DNA of 8,330 nt from an uncultured archaeon (GTDB taxonomy: Archaea > Iainarchaeota > Iainarchaeia > Iainarchaeales > 0-14-0-20-30-16): positions 1-8,330 of the forward strand of contig CAZMGA010000023.1 in the NCBI GenBank assembly GCA_964565725.1. The letters are read 5' to 3'. Both the position numbers and the translations under genes were made by a program. Below are positions 7,268 to 8,330 of this stretch, one piece after another. Within the stretch, counting starts at the first letter, position 1. Each line of letters begins with the position of its first letter. Below the pieces are notes generated by a model, which searched no databases, had not been told where the DNA came from, and saw only the letters and a list, made by a program, of their open reading frames with translations.

Positions 7268-7281
7268 TTTTATGAAAATAA
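7264..7281 (+). repeat. Copy 2 of the 18-nt direct repeat GTGATTTTATGAAAATAA, at the cytidylate kinase start
   Basis: It is identical to nt 7086-7103 and covers the SD-like GTGAT, the ATG at 7272 and the first codons (MKI). Confidence 0.6.
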
Positions 7282-7838
7282 TGATTTGTGGTTTAACAGG
7301 TACAGGCAAAAGTACTATTGCAAAAGCTATATCTGAGGCTATGGGTTATGAGTATTTAGCATCTTCTAAATTATTAAGAGAATTTGCGGGAAAAGATACT
7401 AAAAAAGGTCAAGAGTTTTGGGCAGAAAAAGAAGGTCAAGAGTTTTTAGATTCCAGATATAATTCTAGTATAGATGAAGAATATGATAAATATTTATTAG
7501 ATTTAATGGATAAAAAAGATGATTTCATTATTGATTCTTGGACTATGCCTTGGTTATATAATAATGATAATGTTCTAAAGATTTATTTAAAATGTCCATT
7601 TAGTATACGAGTAAACAGAGTAATGTTAAGAGACAAATTAAAAGAACAAGACGCAAAAACAATGGTAAAAAAGAAAGATTCTGATACTAGAAAAATATTT
7701 TTACAAAACTATTGTTTTGATATTACCAAAGATTTAGATAAATTTGATTTAGTTATTAATACTCAGTATTTTGATTCTAAAGCAGTTATTCTATACATTT
7801 TAAATTACGTAAAAACTTTCGAGAAATATTACAAATAA
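7272..7838 (+). CDS. cmk: Archaeal-type cytidylate (CMP) kinase / P-loop NMP kinase, 188 aa
   Basis: The P-loop MKIMICGLTGTGKSTIAKAISEAMGY is at the extreme N-terminus. The length and downstream blocks (FIIDSW..., LKIYLKCPFSIRVNRVMLRD, FDLVINT) follow the order and spacing I recall for archaeal Cmk (..VIEGRLAGW.., LKIWLDAP...RAKRV, YDLIINT). Specificity for CMP rather than another NMP is not proven. Confidence 0.7.
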   Translation: MKIMICGLTGTGKSTIAKAISEAMGYEYLASSKLLREFAGKDTKKGQEFWAEKEGQEFLDSRYNSSIDEEYDKYLLDLMDKKDDFIIDSWTMPWLYNNDNVLKIYLKCPFSIRVNRVMLRDKLKEQDAKTMVKKKDSDTRKIFLQNYCFDITKDLDKFDLVINTQYFDSKAVILYILNYVKTFEKYYK

Positions 7839-7839
7839 T

Positions 7840-8001
7840 ATGATTAAAGTAAAATTTAAGTTTGATTATTTGAATTCTTTATTAACCAGTTATTATATCT
7901 TGTGTTTATCCTCAAAAGATCATTTAAATTGTAATTTAAAGTTGTATTCTAATTTTAAAATTTTCAAAACACAATCTATAAGATATTTAGATTATATTTA
8001 A
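7840..8001 (+). CDS. 53-codon ORF, either an independent small gene or the 5' part of a stop-interrupted gene continuing at 8035
   Basis: The ATG at 7840 is 1 nt after the cmk stop (TAATATG). It translates to MIKVKFKFDYLNSLLTSYYILCLSSKDHLNCNLKLYSNFKIFKTQSIRYLDYI*. It is in the same frame as the ORF starting at 8035 and is separated from it only by the TAA at 7999-8001 plus 11 sense codons. It is below the ORF track's size cutoff. Confidence 0.3.
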   Translation: MIKVKFKFDYLNSLLTSYYILCLSSKDHLNCNLKLYSNFKIFKTQSIRYLDYI

Positions 8002-8010
8002 TCTTTGAGT

Positions 8011-8020
8011 TTTGTTTTTA
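8011..8020 (+). terminator. Possible oligo-T termination signal (TTTTGTTTTT)
   Basis: This T4-G-T5 tract starts 10 nt after the TAA at 7999-8001. It is the first T-rich tract after the membrane-smc-orf-cmk gene run. Confidence 0.25.
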
Positions 8021-8034
8021 ATAAAGAACAATCA

Positions 8035-8330
8035 ATGTATAGATTAAATCTTTTTTCTCCAGAATTAAAAACAATTAAAACATATTGTAAGATTAAAAAG
8101 GTTCCCAAAATAATACAAACTGATTTCTTATTATTTGAGAAACAATTTAAACCTTATTTTTTGAAATTAAAACCTAAATTAGATTCATTTATAAAATTTA
8201 AAAACCAAAATTTATCAAAACTTATATTAACTATTTATAGTTCTGCAATAAAGTTAACTAAAAAACAGATTAGAATATTTAAAACAATTGATATCAGAGT
8301 TTTAGAGGGCATTTCTCCAAGTTCTTTTGC
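8035..8330 (+). CDS. ORF open to the right window edge (98+ aa), a possible divergent KsgA/Dim1-like (rRNA adenine dimethyltransferase fold) fragment
   Basis: From the ATG at 8035 there is no stop to nt 8330: MYRLNLFSPELKTIKTYCKIKKVPKIIQTDFLLFEKQFKPYFLKLKPKL...IRIFKTIDIRVLEGISPSSF. The track missed it because it has no stop in the window. FKPY and IRVLEGISPSSF are weak matches, at plausible spacing, to the KsgA motifs NLPY and VLEVPPSAF(xPxPKV). The minus-strand frames here are all closed. Confidence 0.45.
   Translation, partial: MYRLNLFSPELKTIKTYCKIKKVPKIIQTDFLLFEKQFKPYFLKLKPKLDSFIKFKNQNLSKLILTIYSSAIKLTKKQIRIFKTIDIRVLEGISPSSF

Noticed and set aside
7999-8001. TAA read-through or stop-codon reassignment to explain the interrupted frame
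   Set aside because: TAA terminates six other confidently called genes in this window (surface protein, DHH, rpl44e, membrane protein, smc, cmk). A reassigned TAA is therefore not tenable; a pseudogene, two separate genes or a sequencing error are the simpler explanations.
1-8330. Search for tRNA/rRNA genes, CRISPR arrays, transposase or integrase genes, terminal inverted repeats, or long tandem repeats
   Set aside because: None found by eye. The non-coding space is under 5% of the window. It has no GC-rich structured segments typical of tRNAs in AT-rich genomes and no regularly spaced repeats. The repetitive-looking stretches in smc are low-complexity coiled-coil codons, not discrete repeats.

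Overview
This is a very AT-rich (by eye roughly 20-25% G+C, not computed), tightly packed window with an archaeal signature. It has a ribosomal protein L44e (eL42) gene, GGTGA-type Shine-Dalgarno remnants, TTTATATA-type TATA elements and oligo-T tracts after genes. This fits a small-genome DPANN-like archaeon, but that lineage call is inference. Gene content, left to right: (1) the 3' part of a large Asn/Ser/Thr-rich surface protein with a C-terminal membrane anchor, running in from the left edge; (2) on the minus strand, a coupled rpl44e -> DHH/DHHA1 phosphoesterase pair; (3) a plus-strand run of a polytopic membrane protein, a 1008-aa SMC ATPase, a ~57-aa orphan ORF and an archaeal-type cytidylate kinase; (4) a reading frame that continues to the right edge but is broken by one in-frame TAA. 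I found no tRNA or rRNA genes, CRISPR arrays, transposases or recognisable defence genes, so this looks like a core housekeeping region rather than an accessory island. Three things deserve a second look. The SMC has canonical heads and full-length arms, but its hinge domain appears collapsed to about 30 residues. The stop-interrupted terminal ORF weakly resembles a KsgA/Dim1 methyltransferase with its SAM-binding motifs erased. The local gene order is non-canonical: rpl44e is followed by a DHH gene instead of rps27e, and smc has no adjacent kleisin. All functional calls come from motif recognition by eye, and none has been confirmed by a database search.
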